Of a DNA stretch of 64,000 bases, positions 26,500 through 39,102 are shown in pieces (the stretch's first letter is position 1; each line of letters opens with the position of its first letter). The position numbers and the translations under genes are program-made. The stretch is from Callorhinchus milii (taxonomy: Eukaryota). The stretch covers positions 11,906,001 to 11,970,000 of the forward strand of contig NW_024704742.1 of the NCBI RefSeq assembly GCF_018977255.1, written 5' to 3'. The notes under the pieces were generated by a model. It was given only the letters and a program-made list of their open reading frames with translations. It ran no database searches and was not told where the DNA came from.

Positions 26500-27300
26500 T
26501 CATGGCTCAGTTGGGAGTACAGTGGACAGCACAGTAGCTCAGTGGTTAGAGCACTCACCTCGCAAGCGAGAGGACCTGGGTTCAATTCCCTGCAAGGCGA
26601 AACGTTGGGCAAGTTTCCTTACTCCACACGTCTCTGTTTACCTAGCACCAAGTAGGAACCCGGTTGTTAGTCGATTGGCAGTTCACTTTTCCGGGAGTAA
26701 TAATTCCTTTAAAAAAATAATTTGGTCACTTAATCTACGGCTGTTTGTAGGATACTGCTGCGTGCAATTGGCTGCCGCGTTTCACCCACAAAACAAAAAA
26801 TTCACTTTACAATATATTCTGTGAAGGGCTTTGAAACGTCTAGAAGACGTGATAAGGTGCTATATCAAATGCAAGGATTATTATCTCATCTCTGAGTCAG
26901 AAGGTAATGGGCTGAATATTAGCTGAACATGGAGAATTTGAACTCATATAGTCTAGGCTGGAAACAAACTCGAATGGTTTGCTGATGGTCCACTGCAATG
27001 TTTGAAGCGCTGTCTTTCAGATTAGACGTCAGTTTAAGATTCCATCTGCCTTTATGGATGGACGTTAAAGATCCCACGCCAATGTTATAATAATAATAAT
27101 AATCCTTACATGTAATTTAGTGCTTTCCTCCAAATAAAATAGGTTGTTCATTTCACGGATCTTTGCGGGATGTTGCGATGTGTAAATTTGCTGTTGCGTT
27201 CAGCTTCACCTGTACAGTCACTACAGTTTGCAATAAATTCTGTGAAGCTCTTGGAGATGTCCTCTAGGTGTCTAAGGTGCTATATCAAATTCATTTTAAT
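26500..27300 (+). mobile_element. Old Deu-SINE with young tRNA-SINE (about 26525-26884) nested in its head
   Basis: ggctcagttggg...[young SINE]...tctcatctctgagtcagaagg, then gtctttcagattagacgt...gacgttaaagatccc. Confidence 0.75.
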
Positions 27301-27582
27301 AATTGCTCTGCGACAAAACACTACAGAAAATTACAGAATCGTTTGGGATGATTAAATTGGGAGATGGTTTGTTTGGAAGTATCCAGGGTTGTAGAGAAAT
27401 AAGATTATGAGATTTGTTGTGATCTAATGGCTGAGCAGTCTTAAAAGGCTCATTTCCTGCAAATATTGCTCTAACACTAAACCCAGCAGCTGGAAGAGAG
27501 GGAAATGATGAGATTGATTTTGTCACCACCAGCTCCTACACAAATAGGATTTGTCTGTAAGTAGAAAACAAATGCAGTGTGT

Positions 27583-27936
27583 AAATAATAATCCTTGCAT
27601 TTGATATAGCGTCTTTGAAATGTCTCAAATCGTTTAACAGAATATACTGTAAAATTAATTAACTGTATATTTTGTGGGCGAAACATGGCAGCCAATTGCA
27701 TACAGCAGTATTCCACAAACAGTCATGGATTAAGTGTCCAAATTATTATTTTTTTTGACGGAATTATTACCCCCGGAAAAACGATCTGACAATCGACTAA
27801 CAACTGTCTTTCTACTTACTGCTTAGGTAAACAGAGGCATGTGGAGTAAGGAAACTTGCCCAGCGTTTCACTCTGCCGGGAATCAAACTCAGGTCCTCTT
27901 GCTTGTGAGGCGAGTGCTCTAAACACTGAGGACTCT
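27583..27936 (-). mobile_element. tRNA-SINE, full length
   Basis: Homology to young SINE. Confidence 0.88.
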
Positions 27937-28819
27937 TTTTGTCACCGCAAACTGCCTACATGTTGTAAGATTGTAAGTGGAAAACAAATACGGTGTGTTA
28001 ATAGGATAGGGTACTTTTGAATGTGAATGGTGCAGATGTGGACTGATGGGCCACAATTATACAAATCCTACATCTTTGGGAGTCTCGATCGCATGAGACT
28101 GGGATCCTGAACTCAATTAAATTCTGCGGACTCAACCCCGATTTATACTTCATGTTCAATGGTAATTTGCTACCAGCATATATCAGCATTAAATATTTGA
28201 CAACTTATGTGAAATGGATCAGTTTACAGATTTCATTATTACATGGCATAACAGCCTTCAAAGCATTCACCGATAAAACACAAGTATTTGTCCTTAGCCA
28301 CCACGGCAGTGACCCAGGAATATTATCTGAATACAACTAGAGTGGAACTGTGCTGATTATGTATTGCTTACACTTGGAGAAAATCTCGAATGGCACATTA
28401 ATTTTGGAGCTGTCAGTGAAAACACAGCTGCCTTTCGAGGTGTGCTTCCCTGAAAGGTTTATTTGTTTTCTACACGTCTAGAAACAGCGGTTCTTGAAGG
28501 TAATCCAGGTAAGAGATGCCAATGTCAGTTTTTTTATTGCTGCTGGTGCCTGACCTTTTCAGGCCATTGATGCAGGTTTTCCAGCAAAAATATTTCAGCT
28601 GAAAAGAATAGTTGCAGACGTGACTTGGAAACCACTGGGTATTTTCAAGTTGGCACAGGGGTTGATGGTTGCTGCCAGTTTTGTCAAATTCACCCTGTCG
28701 TATAAACGGGATGAATTTATCAAGCAGCAACTTTGTTTATTGCAGCAACTCTTCAATTGAAGCAGCTCTACGAATAGTTTACATTGTCATATCTTACCTT
28801 TTCAACATAATTGCTACTT

Positions 28820-29022
28820 TAAAACCAAAAACAATAATAAAAATTGGTCATTTTCAATCTACAACTGTTTGTGGGACATTGCTGTGCGCAATTGGCTGCC
28901 GCGTTCGCCCACAAATATACAGTCAATTCACTTTACAGTGTGTTCTGTGAAGCGCTTTGGGACGTCCTCTCGACGTAAAAAGCGCTATACCAAATACAAG
29001 GATTAATATTATTATTATTATT
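28820..29022 (+). mobile_element. tRNA-SINE 3' half
   Basis: Body and tail of young SINE, L2-like loop variant. Confidence 0.8.
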
Positions 29023-29040
29023 TAGATCCGGTAAATAATA

Positions 29041-29152
29041 CAGGGTCACCAAAAAGTCGTGATACCATTAGTATCTAACAAGTCTTGAAGAAATAATGAA
29101 AAAATAAAGCAATTATTATTAAAATGGTATCATAACTTTTTTGGTCACCCTG
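29041..29152. mobile_element. Tc1/mariner-type MITE (112 bp)
   Basis: TIRs CAGGGTCACCAAAAAGTCGTGATACCATT (29041-29069) and AATGGTATCATAACTTTTTTGGTCACCCTG (29123-29152), flanked by TA on both sides. Confidence 0.8.
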
Positions 29153-29304
29153 TACATCATTGGGAATTGATGCAAGTTGCTGCAGGGATATAATAAACTA
29201 GAATTTTCCTGTTTCTTTGAGGAAATTAGCTAACGTAGGACATGGCTCCTCTTGGGAAGAAAGGACAACTCCATTGGAATGTTTTTTCTAGCAATTGAGA
29301 ATCA

Positions 29305-29612
29305 TACAATAATAATTCTTGGATTTGATATAGCACCTATATCACGTCTTCGAGAAGTCTTCAAGCGCTTCACAAGTATATTGTAACATGAATTGACTGT
29401 ATATTTTGTGGACGAAAAGTGGCAGCCAATTGCATACAGTAGTGTCCCACAAACAGTTGTGGATTGAGTGACCAAATTATTTTTTTTTTCAAGGATTATT
29501 ACCTCTGGAAAAGCAATCCAACAATTGAGTAACAACCGGGTTCCTACTAGGTAAACAGAGACATGTGGAGAAGGGAAACTTGGCTAATGTTTCGCCCTGC
29601 CTGGGAATCGAT
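29305..29612 (-). mobile_element. tRNA-SINE, head truncated
   Basis: Homology to young SINE. Confidence 0.82.
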
Positions 29613-29780
29613 ATACATGACAAACCAAACCTTGGTCTCTATGCGGAGCCTCCTAGAGAAAAGAAGTCCATCAGTTTTCAATTATTTGGTTCTTCTTACT
29701 ATTGTCAGCTGGCTTTTAATTCTCCACATTGTGAACTTTCGTGCCTAGAACTGAAAAGATGAAAGTGTAAGTGATGCAGC

Positions 29781-29998
29781 AGAAGGTCATCTCCAAACTA
29801 TGTGACAGTTGAGAGCAGCCAATCTACATTTTAGCCTAATATATTTTGTTACCTTATCTTAGTCTTCTATCTTTTATATAAATATATATATATATGGCTA
29901 AAAAGTAGATTGACTACTCCTATTTCTTTCATGCACCAGTTACCGCAGAAACTTTAAGATGAAGGTGGTGCCATCACATAGTTTGGAGATTACCTTCT
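29781..29998. repeat. Palindromic element with two nested inverted-repeat pairs around an AT/(TA)n core
   Basis: 29781-29805 pairs with 29974-29998 (24/25); 29820-29836 pairs with 29896-29912 (16/17). Confidence 0.8.
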
Positions 29999-31269
29999 AT
30001 ATTATATATATATATACACATTACATAAGCCATGCACACATTTGTTTACTTTAGGTGCATGAGAAGGTTTCAGCAGTGTTGTAATATCTCAGTATCTGGT
30101 TGTAATGACTGGGTTTGGTGGCCGAATTAAGGTTGAACGAGACAGTCCTGGACATTGCTAAAGCTGTGTCTCCCCCCCATTATCTATTTATGAATTGCTA
30201 GCAGTACAGCAAGAAGCTCACTCTATAAATCATGTGAATAACCTGCTTGTTAATGTATTTTCATCAGCTTGTACAGCAGATGCCTCCTTTGCTTGTTCTG
30301 AACCTACTACCTGGTCAGGAGAAGGATAATTGGAAGTTTATAGGCAAAGCGAGCCACAGAGTTTGTCTTGGGAAAAGGGAGGTAGTGCTTTGTTACTCCT
30401 TCACAATTGGCCTCTGCTAACCTAAATTAGTGAATGCAGACTTCTAGTCCAGACTAATTGTCCCACTGAACCCAAATCTCCGATCTGTTTCTTAAGGTGA
30501 GTAAAAATATGTTTTGCAGTCAGTCATGATTATTTAGCATCTTGTTGCTAAGGAAACATACCATGAATTTCATTTGACCACTGTGTCTGTGTTTTGGGTT
30601 CAGTGAGACAATTAGTATGGACTAGAAGTCTATAGTTATAAGCTTTCCTGTACCTGTGTGGGTGCAGCGCTTCAAAGGAATTGTATTAATCGTGGGAGCA
30701 TGCTTCAAAATGACCTGCACCTTAGTAACCACTTGTCAGCCAAGTCAGCGTGGCTTCTGTCTGACCTAATTCACCAGGGAAAGCGAATGCTGAAACAATT
30801 GCTTACTGTACTAGTATAAAATTAATTCATATAAACCATCTGTATGTAATTATCCGAACGACAACATACAAATGTGAAATAAGTCCAGACCCATGCCACA
30901 GAATGATGCATAATTGAAACTGATTGCACAATGGATAGATATTACTCCTTTGTAATTTATAGATATTACTCCTATGAATGTTTTCAAATTGTAGCTATTA
31001 TTTATCTTTCTGCTGAACACAAAGAAATTTGTAGCGTAAGAGGAGACCATGTAGCTCATTGATGTTTTTTCTGAGAAAAGGAGACAACAGCGAGTAATAA
31101 CCTGCCCTAAATCAATCCCTTGTCTTTGTTTGCCGACAAATACAGTAATTTACATTAAATTCCTTTGAAGCATTTTGAGACGATTCGACAAAGTGATAAC
31201 ATACTATATCAAAGGCAGGGATTATTAAGATTTTATGAAAGTGAAACTATCAACTGAACCATTTACTGG

Positions 31270-31812
31270 TGGTGCTGTTTGGTCCTCCGCTAATGTGTCA
31301 GAAGCTTGTGAGTTCAAGCCTCTTATGAGGACTTTGATCTAACAGTCAAGGATGAAACTCCAAAACAGTCATTTTTATACTGTAATTTCTTTGATTCTAT
31401 TTGGCAACAGGGCAGCACACAAAGTCCAGTCCAGGCTTATCTGAGTTGAAGGCAATACTCTGACCGTTGCCTCTGATAACCTGTCTGCTCTTTAGGTGGA
31501 CGCTAATGATCTCATCACATTATTTGAAATGAGAAGAGTTTCCCCCGGTATCCTGGGTGACAATCGCCCAAATAAAGTTGGTCACTCATTAATGGTCGAT
31601 TGTTGTGTACAAGTTAGCTGTCATGTTTGGCTACAGTAAAAACAGTAACTGCACTTCATAGTATATCCTCCATATATTAAGCGCCCCAGGACGCTATCCC
31701 TTGCGAAGGGCGCAATATAAATGCAAGTTGTTGTTGTTATCCTGTGAAGTATTGAGATGTCCTCCTGACATGAAAAGTGCTAAATCAAATATAAGCATTA
31801 TTATTTATTATT
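31270..31812 (+). mobile_element. Old Deu-SINE with an L2-type tail fragment inside
   Basis: gtcagaagcttgtgagttcaag head; aggtggacgctaatgatc, gagtttcccccggtatcctgg. Confidence 0.6.
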
Positions 31813-32822
31813 ATAAACAGACAGTATGCTGAAGGTGAAGAATAATGGTCTTGGTCAGGGACCGGATGTAAGGAAAGAAAGAGCTGAACGTCAAACAGAA
31901 TACCAATTGAGGTGGACTAAGCAGTCAAAGGGATTGAAGTCCTTTGCACCATAAAATATAGTCAATTCGCTTTACAGTATATTCTGTTAAGCGCTTTGAG
32001 ATGTCTCAAAGACGTGATACGGTGCTACACCAAATGCAAGGATTATTATTATTATTATCATAAGTCAGGGTGGAAGGAAGTGTTGGTAGGAATTGAGTGG
32101 GATGATTTTTCAAGCCATGAGAGCAACATTGGGTCTCGAATCGAGGGTGGAAGCAGAAGCTGTTGTCAACGTACATGTGGAAATTTATACTGTAACATCA
32201 CGTGAGTTAGGGTTTTCTTTGGTCAGCTGGATGTCTAACAAGTGTTTAAGAGTTTCCAAATCAGACTGAGAGTTACACATAAGTATACCCCTACACATGG
32301 AAATTTCTCTGCATCTGCAATGCAATGTGCTCTCTACCCCTGGTGGAATGCACCTGTTTACCTAATTCTAGAGAGTGTTTGGCATAAGTTGCAAAGGATT
32401 GAGAACCCAAGAATGTGCTTGGTGTACTTCAACAACAGCTGCTTACCAAACTTTAGATGTCTAATAATAATAATCCTTGTGTTTTATTTAGTGCCTTATC
32501 ACGTCTTTGAGACGTCTCAAAGTGTTTCGCAGAATATTCTGTAAAGTGAATGGACTGTATATTTTGTGGGCGATTTTGTATGTTCATAAGTCCAGACTCC
32601 TGGTATTGCCTTCCAACAGCTCCCATCTCGAACATCAGAGTTTTCTCACCAGCTATTCGATGGACATTAGACTGATACCAGGAGGTTCCAAAACCCTCCA
32701 AACTGATTGTGCCATCCAACCTGTTCCCTTCTTTGTCTTCTTGTCCCATCACAATGGAAGATTCAGTAATTACAAATTGAATTTATATTGGATCTTTTGT
32801 ACAAGAGTACCTGTTTAGAAAC

Positions 32823-33137
32823 TAATAATAATCCTTGCATTTGATATAGCGCTTTTCACGTCAGGAGGACGTCCCAAAGCGCTTCACAGAACACACTGTA
32901 AAGTGAATTGACTGTATATTTGTGTGCGAACGCGGCAGCCAATTGCACACAGCAATGTCCCACAAACAGTCGTGGATTGAAAATGACCAATTTATTATTG
33001 TTTTGGGTTTTGGAGGGATTATTATTAGGCGTGTGGAGTAAGGAAACTTGCCCAAGGTTTCGCCCTCTGTGTGGAATTGAACTCAGGTCTCTCGCTTGCA
33101 AAGCGAGTGCTCTAACCACTGAGCTACAGGACTCCAC
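32823..33137 (-). mobile_element. tRNA-SINE, internally deleted subfamily
   Basis: Complete head and tail; lacks the ctctgtttacc...cttttcc segment. Confidence 0.9.
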
Positions 33138-33207
33138 AGTATGACTCCACAGTACAGGACTCTACTGTATGAACTTCCCACTTTATGCATTGGGTTCTAT
33201 TAGTATT

Positions 33208-33583
33208 GGAGTCATACAGTTCAGTGGTTAGAGCACTTATCTTGCAAGCGTGAGACCTGGGTTCAATTTCTGGCAGGGCAAAACTTTGGGCAAGTTTCCT
33301 TGCTCCACACTCCTCTGTTTACCTAGCAGTAAGTAGGAACTTGGTTGTTAGTGGATTGGCGGATTGCTTTGCCAAGGGTGATAATTCCTTCAAAGAAAAA
33401 TAATAATAAATTTGTCACTCAATCCATGACTGTTTGTGGGACACTGCTGTGTGCAATTGGCTGCTCCTTTTCGCCCACAAAATAAACAGTTTATTCACTT
33501 TACAGTATATTCTGTGTAGGGCTTTGAGATGTCTTGAATACGGGATAAGGCGCTATATCAAATGCAAGCATTATTATTATTAT
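33208..33583 (+). mobile_element. tRNA-SINE, full length, head-to-head with 32823-33137
   Basis: Homology to young SINE. Confidence 0.9.
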
Positions 33584-33668
33584 CACATTTTGCTCTGTCA
33601 AATGCCATTGCTTTCAAAATTTGGGATCTTTGTGGTATTTCAAGTACACATATAGATTATATATTATA

Positions 33669-33724
33669 TAGGTTATATATATAGCCAATTAGAAAATAGG
33701 TTATATATATAGCCAATTAGAAAA
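33669..33724. repeat. Exact 28-bp tandem duplication
   Basis: taggttatatatatagccaattagaaaa x2. Confidence 0.9.
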
Positions 33725-34004
33725 CTAGAGTTAAGTGTGCACATAAAGTTTCTGTGAATATTTAGCACCTGTTTATTGGCGATATGGTGGTCCTGTACAA
33801 ACAATTGAAAAGGTTTGTTTTGCACAAGGTTACAATGTCATTACATCTTTTCCCCACCAACAACAAGAATGCAACCCTTTGGAACCCCTTAAACTAGCCA
33901 ATTTTCTTCAACAATTTGCTCCCCACCCTCCTCCTCAAAGCTTTTGATTACAATTTCCTTCCAGTGGTGCGGGACACTGCTCAGCCTCTTCCATTTTTCA
34001 TGTA

Positions 34005-34695
34005 CGTCACCTCCGGAACATCGCCAGACTACGGCACTACCTCACCCCTCACGCTGCTGAAACCCTGGTTCACGCCTTTGTCACCTCAAGGCTGGACTAT
34101 GGGAACTCTCTCCTCGCCGGCCTTCCCGCCACCTCCCTCCACAAGCTGCAGGTCATTCAGAACTCTGCAGCTCGTGTACTGTCCCGCACCAGGCTTCGGG
34201 ACCACATCACTCCCACCCTCGCTCGCCTCCACTGGCTCCCCATCCCCCAGAGGATTGATTTCAAGATCCTCATCCTCACCTACAAGGCCATTCACGGCCT
34301 TGCTCCCTCCTACCTCTCCAACCTACTATCCCCCTACCTACCTACCGGCCGTACCCTCCGTTCCTCTGGCTCCGGTCTGCTCCACGTCCCCCGCCCCAAC
34401 CGCCCTACCATCGGTGGTCGGGCCTTCAGCCTCTCAGCCCCCAGGCTCTGGAACTCCATCCCCCAGTGCCTTCGCCGCTTCCTCCCTTTCCTCCTTCAAG
34501 GCCGGTCTCAAAACCTTTCTCTTTGACCGTGCCTTCAGCTCCCCTCTCGACTCTCTTCCCCCTCCTCGCTCCCTTCCTTCCCTCCCCTCACCATTTCCCC
34601 CCTGCTCGGGTCATGACCCAACTGTGCAGTGCCTTGGGACGTCCTCCTGACGTGAAAGGCGCTTTATAAATGGAATCTTGTTGTTGTTGTTGTTG
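34005..34695 (+). mobile_element. Young L2, 5'-truncated
   Basis: Near-identical to 43908-44597; (ttg)n tail. Confidence 0.93.
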
Positions 34696-35024
34696 TACGT
34701 CCCTTTCACCTCTAAATGAGATTTGAATCTTGGCTTTCAGTAGAAGCTGCATCAACCAGTATATTGGTGAATTTGAAGTATCTTCTGTTGGACGGAACAC
34801 AATCTTTTTAACTTCAGATAACATGCATATAGCAAGACAAACATTTCAACTGTAGAAAAAATGTACTTGTCAAAGTTCTTACCTGCTGGAAAATTTAACA
34901 TTCTTTCCAGGGTTAAAATTATGGATTTGCTGTGTGGGTGACTTCTGAAGGTTTAGCTGTAACTGTAACTCCGCATTAAAAATAGGAACAGTAGCTACTT
35001 GACTGACTAATATTGATCTCAATC

Positions 35025-35370
35025 TTAACGGTCTATCGGCAGATCTGGCTGGACCTTATCAAATCCTACTGCTCTGCCTTCGCCTCCGCTAAATTGTCGT
35101 TCTATTCCAAGACAATATTGGAGGCCAAGGACAACCCCACGCTCCTTTTCTCCATCACCAACCGGCTCCTCCACCCACCCTTTCACGCCTCACGCATCCT
35201 CACCTCCAATGCCGACTGCAAGGCAATGCTGGACTTCCTCGAATTCAAAGTTGAGGGGATCACTCAGCTGCCTCTGCCCTTCCGTCTACCAACCCCTCCC
35301 CATCTCCCCCTCCCACCCAGACCCCTACCCATCCTTCCCTCCACACCTTCGAACCTGTCACCACACATGG
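35025..35370 (+). mobile_element. L2 internal (EN-RT linker) fragment
   Basis: RQIWLDLIKSY...AKLSFYSKTILEAKDN, homologous to ORF 3467-3868. Confidence 0.8.
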
Positions 35371-35409
35371 CTCATTGAAAGTACGCCCCCTCTGACAATG
35401 CAGCGCAAT

Positions 35410-37585
35410 CCTTGTTTGTTTAAAAAGGTTCATCATAACTTCCTGACATTTGTATTCTATGCCCCTATTTATAAAGCCTAATATCCTGTGTGTTTTTTTA
35501 ACAGCTTTATGTACCTGTCCTGCCACCTTCAAAGATTTGCTTATATGAACCCCAGGTCCCTCTGTTCCTTCACTCGCTTTATGATTGTACCATCAGCTGA
35601 TATTGCCTATACTCATTCTTCCTCCCAAAATGCATCACTTTGCATTTCTCCATATTAAACTTCATCTGCCAAGTGTCTGCCCATTTTACCAGTCTGTCTA
35701 TGTCCATTTGCAGTCTGCGACTATCCTCCTCACACTATTATTTTTTTCTAGCTTAGTATCATCTGCAAACTTGGAAATTGTCCTCTCTATACCCAAGTCC
35801 AGGTCATTTATGTAGATCAAAAATAGCAGTGGTCCCAATACTGATCCCTGGGGGACACCACTGCACCCTTCCCTCCAGTAAGAAAAACAGCCATTCACCA
35901 TTACTCTTTGCTTTCTGTCTCCCAGCCAGTTCTGCATCCACGTTGCCACTATCTTTTTAATACTGTGGGCTTCTATTTTGCTTATGTGGCACTTTATCAA
36001 ATGGCTTTTGAAAATCCATATAAACCTCATCAACTGCACTACCTTCATCCACCCTCTCCGTTACTTCATCAAAAAACTCTATTAGGTTTGTTAGACATGA
36101 TTTGCCTTTAACAAATCCATACTGGCTGTCCTTTATTAACCCATATTTTTCTAAGTGAAAATTTCATTTGTCCTGGATTATAGTCTCTAGAAATTTCCCT
36201 ACTACTGATGTTAGGCTGACTGGCCTGTAGTTCCCGGGTTTATCCTTCTGCCCCTTTTTGTACAGGAGAGTAACATTTGGAAACTTCCAGTCCTCTGGCA
36301 CCACTCCAGTGTCCAAGGAGAATTGAAAACTTGTGGCCAGAGCCTCCATTATTTCCACCCTTACTTCCCTCAGTAACCTAGGATGCATTCTGTCTGAACT
36401 GGGTAACTTATCTACTTTGAGCACTGACGACTTTTTTTAGTACCTCCTCTTGGTTTATTCTTATCTTATCCAATTTCTCTACCCTTTCCTCTGATACTGT
36501 GGCATTGGCTGCATCCTCTTCTTTTGTGAAGACGGATGTAAAGTACTCATTCAGTGCTGGGTTCTGACGAAGGGTCATGGACTCAAAACATTGACTCTCT
36601 TTCCTTTCTCCATAGATGCTGCATGACCTGCTGAGTGTTCCCAGCGACTTCTGTTTTTGTTTTCACTCATTCAGTACGTCAGCCTGCCTCCACAGGAAGA
36701 TTTCCTCTTTGGTCCCGAATTGGACCTACCCTACCGTAGAATTTTTTTTTATTTTTTACATGCCTATAAAATACCTAAGGGTTCCCTTTTATGTTACCTG
36801 CTAATTGTTTCTCATACAATCTCTTTGCCCTTCTTATTTCCTTTTTCAGTTCTCCTCTACTGTCTATATTTTATTTGATTAACTTCTGTATTTTGGACCT
36901 GACATTTATCATAAGCCTCCTTTTTCTGGTTTATTTTAATCCCTATTTCCTTATTCATCCAGGGAGGTTTGGATGCCCTACCTTTCTCCTTTGCGGGAAT
37001 ATATTTGTTCTGTCCCCAAATTATCTCCACCTTGGGCTGGAAACATACTGATGCAGAAAGTTATCTTGCACACATTTCAGGAATCCTTCCCCCTCCTTGC
37101 CCATTGCACTGTAATTTTGCCAGTCTATGTTAGGATAATTGAAGTTCCCCATTATCACTACTCTATTGGCTTTACATCTTTCTGAAATCTGCTTTCTGGA
37201 TTACTCCTGATTACATTGCTATTCGTCTGTCGAACCTAGCCCTCTATATAACTTGTTTATCCTCTCTAATGCTACATCCTGATTCTCTTCCCCCTTCAAA
37301 ATTAGTTTAAACCTTTCCCCACAGCACTACACAACCTCCTTTTGAGGACATTGGGGCCAACCCTGTTTAGGTGTAACTGATCCACCTTGTACAGGTCCCA
37401 CTTGCCCCAGAACTGGTCCCAATGATCCAGGCACCTGAAGCCCTCCTTTCTGCACTATTTCTCCAGCCCTGCATCCATGTGTTTGTTCCTGCTATTTTTA
37501 TACTTGCTTGACGAGGCACTGGGAGTAATCCAGAAATCACCACCTTCGAGGTCCTATTCTTTAACTTTTTCCCTAGCTTCTGTAA
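35410..37585 (-). mobile_element. CR1 LINE, decayed, with ORF1 SGNH-esterase remnant
   Basis: [26 protein letters not shown]; 37330-37580 reads VVISGLLPVP...HWDQFWG...LHLNRVG on minus strand. Confidence 0.88.
36556..36664 (+). mobile_element. 109-bp Penelope pLTR-like module inserted in CR1
   Basis: 11-bp TSD ACTCATTCAGT (36545-36555, 36665-36675); hammerhead-like CTGACGA at 36564-36570. Confidence 0.85.
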
Positions 37586-37787
37586 AAGGAAGTGTTAATT
37601 ATTAATTTACACTAGATTTTAAGATCCACTTGTCTAATCAAATTTTGTATATCCTGTTGTGTACACAACAGGCAGTTCATATTTTATTTCTCTCTCCAAT
37701 AGATAATGCTCACCTTGCCTTATCAAAAACAATACATCTCACCCAACACTGCCCAAAAAAACAGCACCTCCAGACTTGAATTCTCTA

Positions 37788-37894
37788 ATACAAAAATAGA
37801 AGTTGCAGGGAACAATCAGCAGGTCAGGCAGCATCTATGGAGAAAGGAAAATGAGTCAACATTTTGGGTCCACGACCCTTCATCAGAACTGGGG
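37788..37894 (-). mobile_element. Penelope pLTR-like module
   Basis: Homologous to 10791-10888 and 60750-60851. Confidence 0.8.
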
Positions 37895-37896
37895 TT

Positions 37897-38131
37897 CAGC
37901 CTTCGCCTAAGCCTTGCTTCCACCCTTTCCTCCTTCAAGGCCGGTCTCAAGACCTTTCTCTTCAACCGTGCCTTCACCTCCCCTCTCGACTTTCTACCCC
38001 CTCCTCGCTCCCTCCCTTCCCTCCCCCTGACCATTTTCCCCTGCTCGGGTCCCGACCCAACTGTCCAGCAGCTTGTGACATCCTGCCGACATGAAAGGCG
38101 CTCTATAAATGCAATCTTGTTGTTGTTGTTG
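37897..38131 (+). mobile_element. Young L2 3' end
   Basis: [16 protein letters not shown], tail (ttg)n. Confidence 0.88.
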
Positions 38132-38164
38132 ACGTAATGGGGTGAAATTACTGGCATTTCATAG

Positions 38165-38920
38165 TGATGCTGCCAGTGCCTGACGTGCGGAGGCTCTCCT
38201 GATTGGCACGAGCTAGTGCCTCCGCACCTTAGGCACTGGCAGCATCAGCTTCCACGGATGCACACTTTACCACACCAAGCCAGTCAGGCACCTAGGAATC
38301 TTGTTCAACCCTCAACTGTCCTACATATGTACCATGACCCGTTCTGTCTTCCCCCACCTCCGCAACAGTGCCCAACTCCACCACTGCCTCACCCCTCAGG
38401 CCACCAAAATCCTCATACATGCCTTCATTACGACTAGGCTCGCCAATGCCCTGCTTGTCGGTCATCCCAACTCTTCATTCCACAAGCTGCAGATCATCCA
38501 GAACTCTGCAGCTCATGTCCTCACCTGTACCAGGCTCTATGACCCCATCAAACCCAACCTCGCCCAGCTCCACTGGCTCCCCATCCCTCAGAGGATCAAG
38601 TTCAAAATTCTTCTCACCTTCAAGGCCCTCCATGGCTTTGCCCCCTCCTACCTCTCCAATCTGCTAACCCTTTATCAACCTGCCCGCTCCTTCCACTCAG
38701 CAGGCTGCGGCCTGCTCCATATCCCCCGCCCGGCCCACCCCACCATTGACGGTCGGGCCTTCGACCGAACATTTGGTTACCCTCCCACCCTCTCTGCCAT
38801 CACTCTCCCTGATCCCAGTCCCACCCACCCCGTACTTGGGTCCTATTCCCTGACTGATCAGCGCCTTGGGACGTCATCCTGACGTGAAAGGCACTTTACA
38901 AATGTAATTTTGTATTATAT
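38165..38920 (+). mobile_element. L2, 5'-truncated, with fold-back inverted duplication at 5' junction
   Basis: ORF 38301-38882 (HAFITTRL, LHWLPI); 38166-38194 is the reverse complement of 38218-38246. Confidence 0.85.
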
Positions 38921-38939
38921 TGTAATTATATAAATTCAA

Positions 38940-39102
38940 AATGATTAAAAATAATTTGGTCACTCAATCCACGTGTGCAATTGGCTGCCGCATGTCGCCC
39001 ACAAAATATACAGTCGATTTACTTTACAGTATATTTGTGAAGCGCTTTGAGACATCTCAAAGACTTGATAAAGCATTATATCAAATGCAAGGATTATTAT
39101 TA
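38940..39102 (+). mobile_element. tRNA-SINE 3' part
   Basis: Body and tail homology. Confidence 0.8.

Noticed and set aside
28509..28780. Donor and acceptor pair followed by an open frame (AIDAGFPAK...)
   Set aside because: The implied intron is only 54 nt and the peptide is unrecognised.
33669..33724. TATA and CCAAT motifs in the 28-bp duplication as a promoter
   Set aside because: A simple slippage duplication or assembly artefact explains it.
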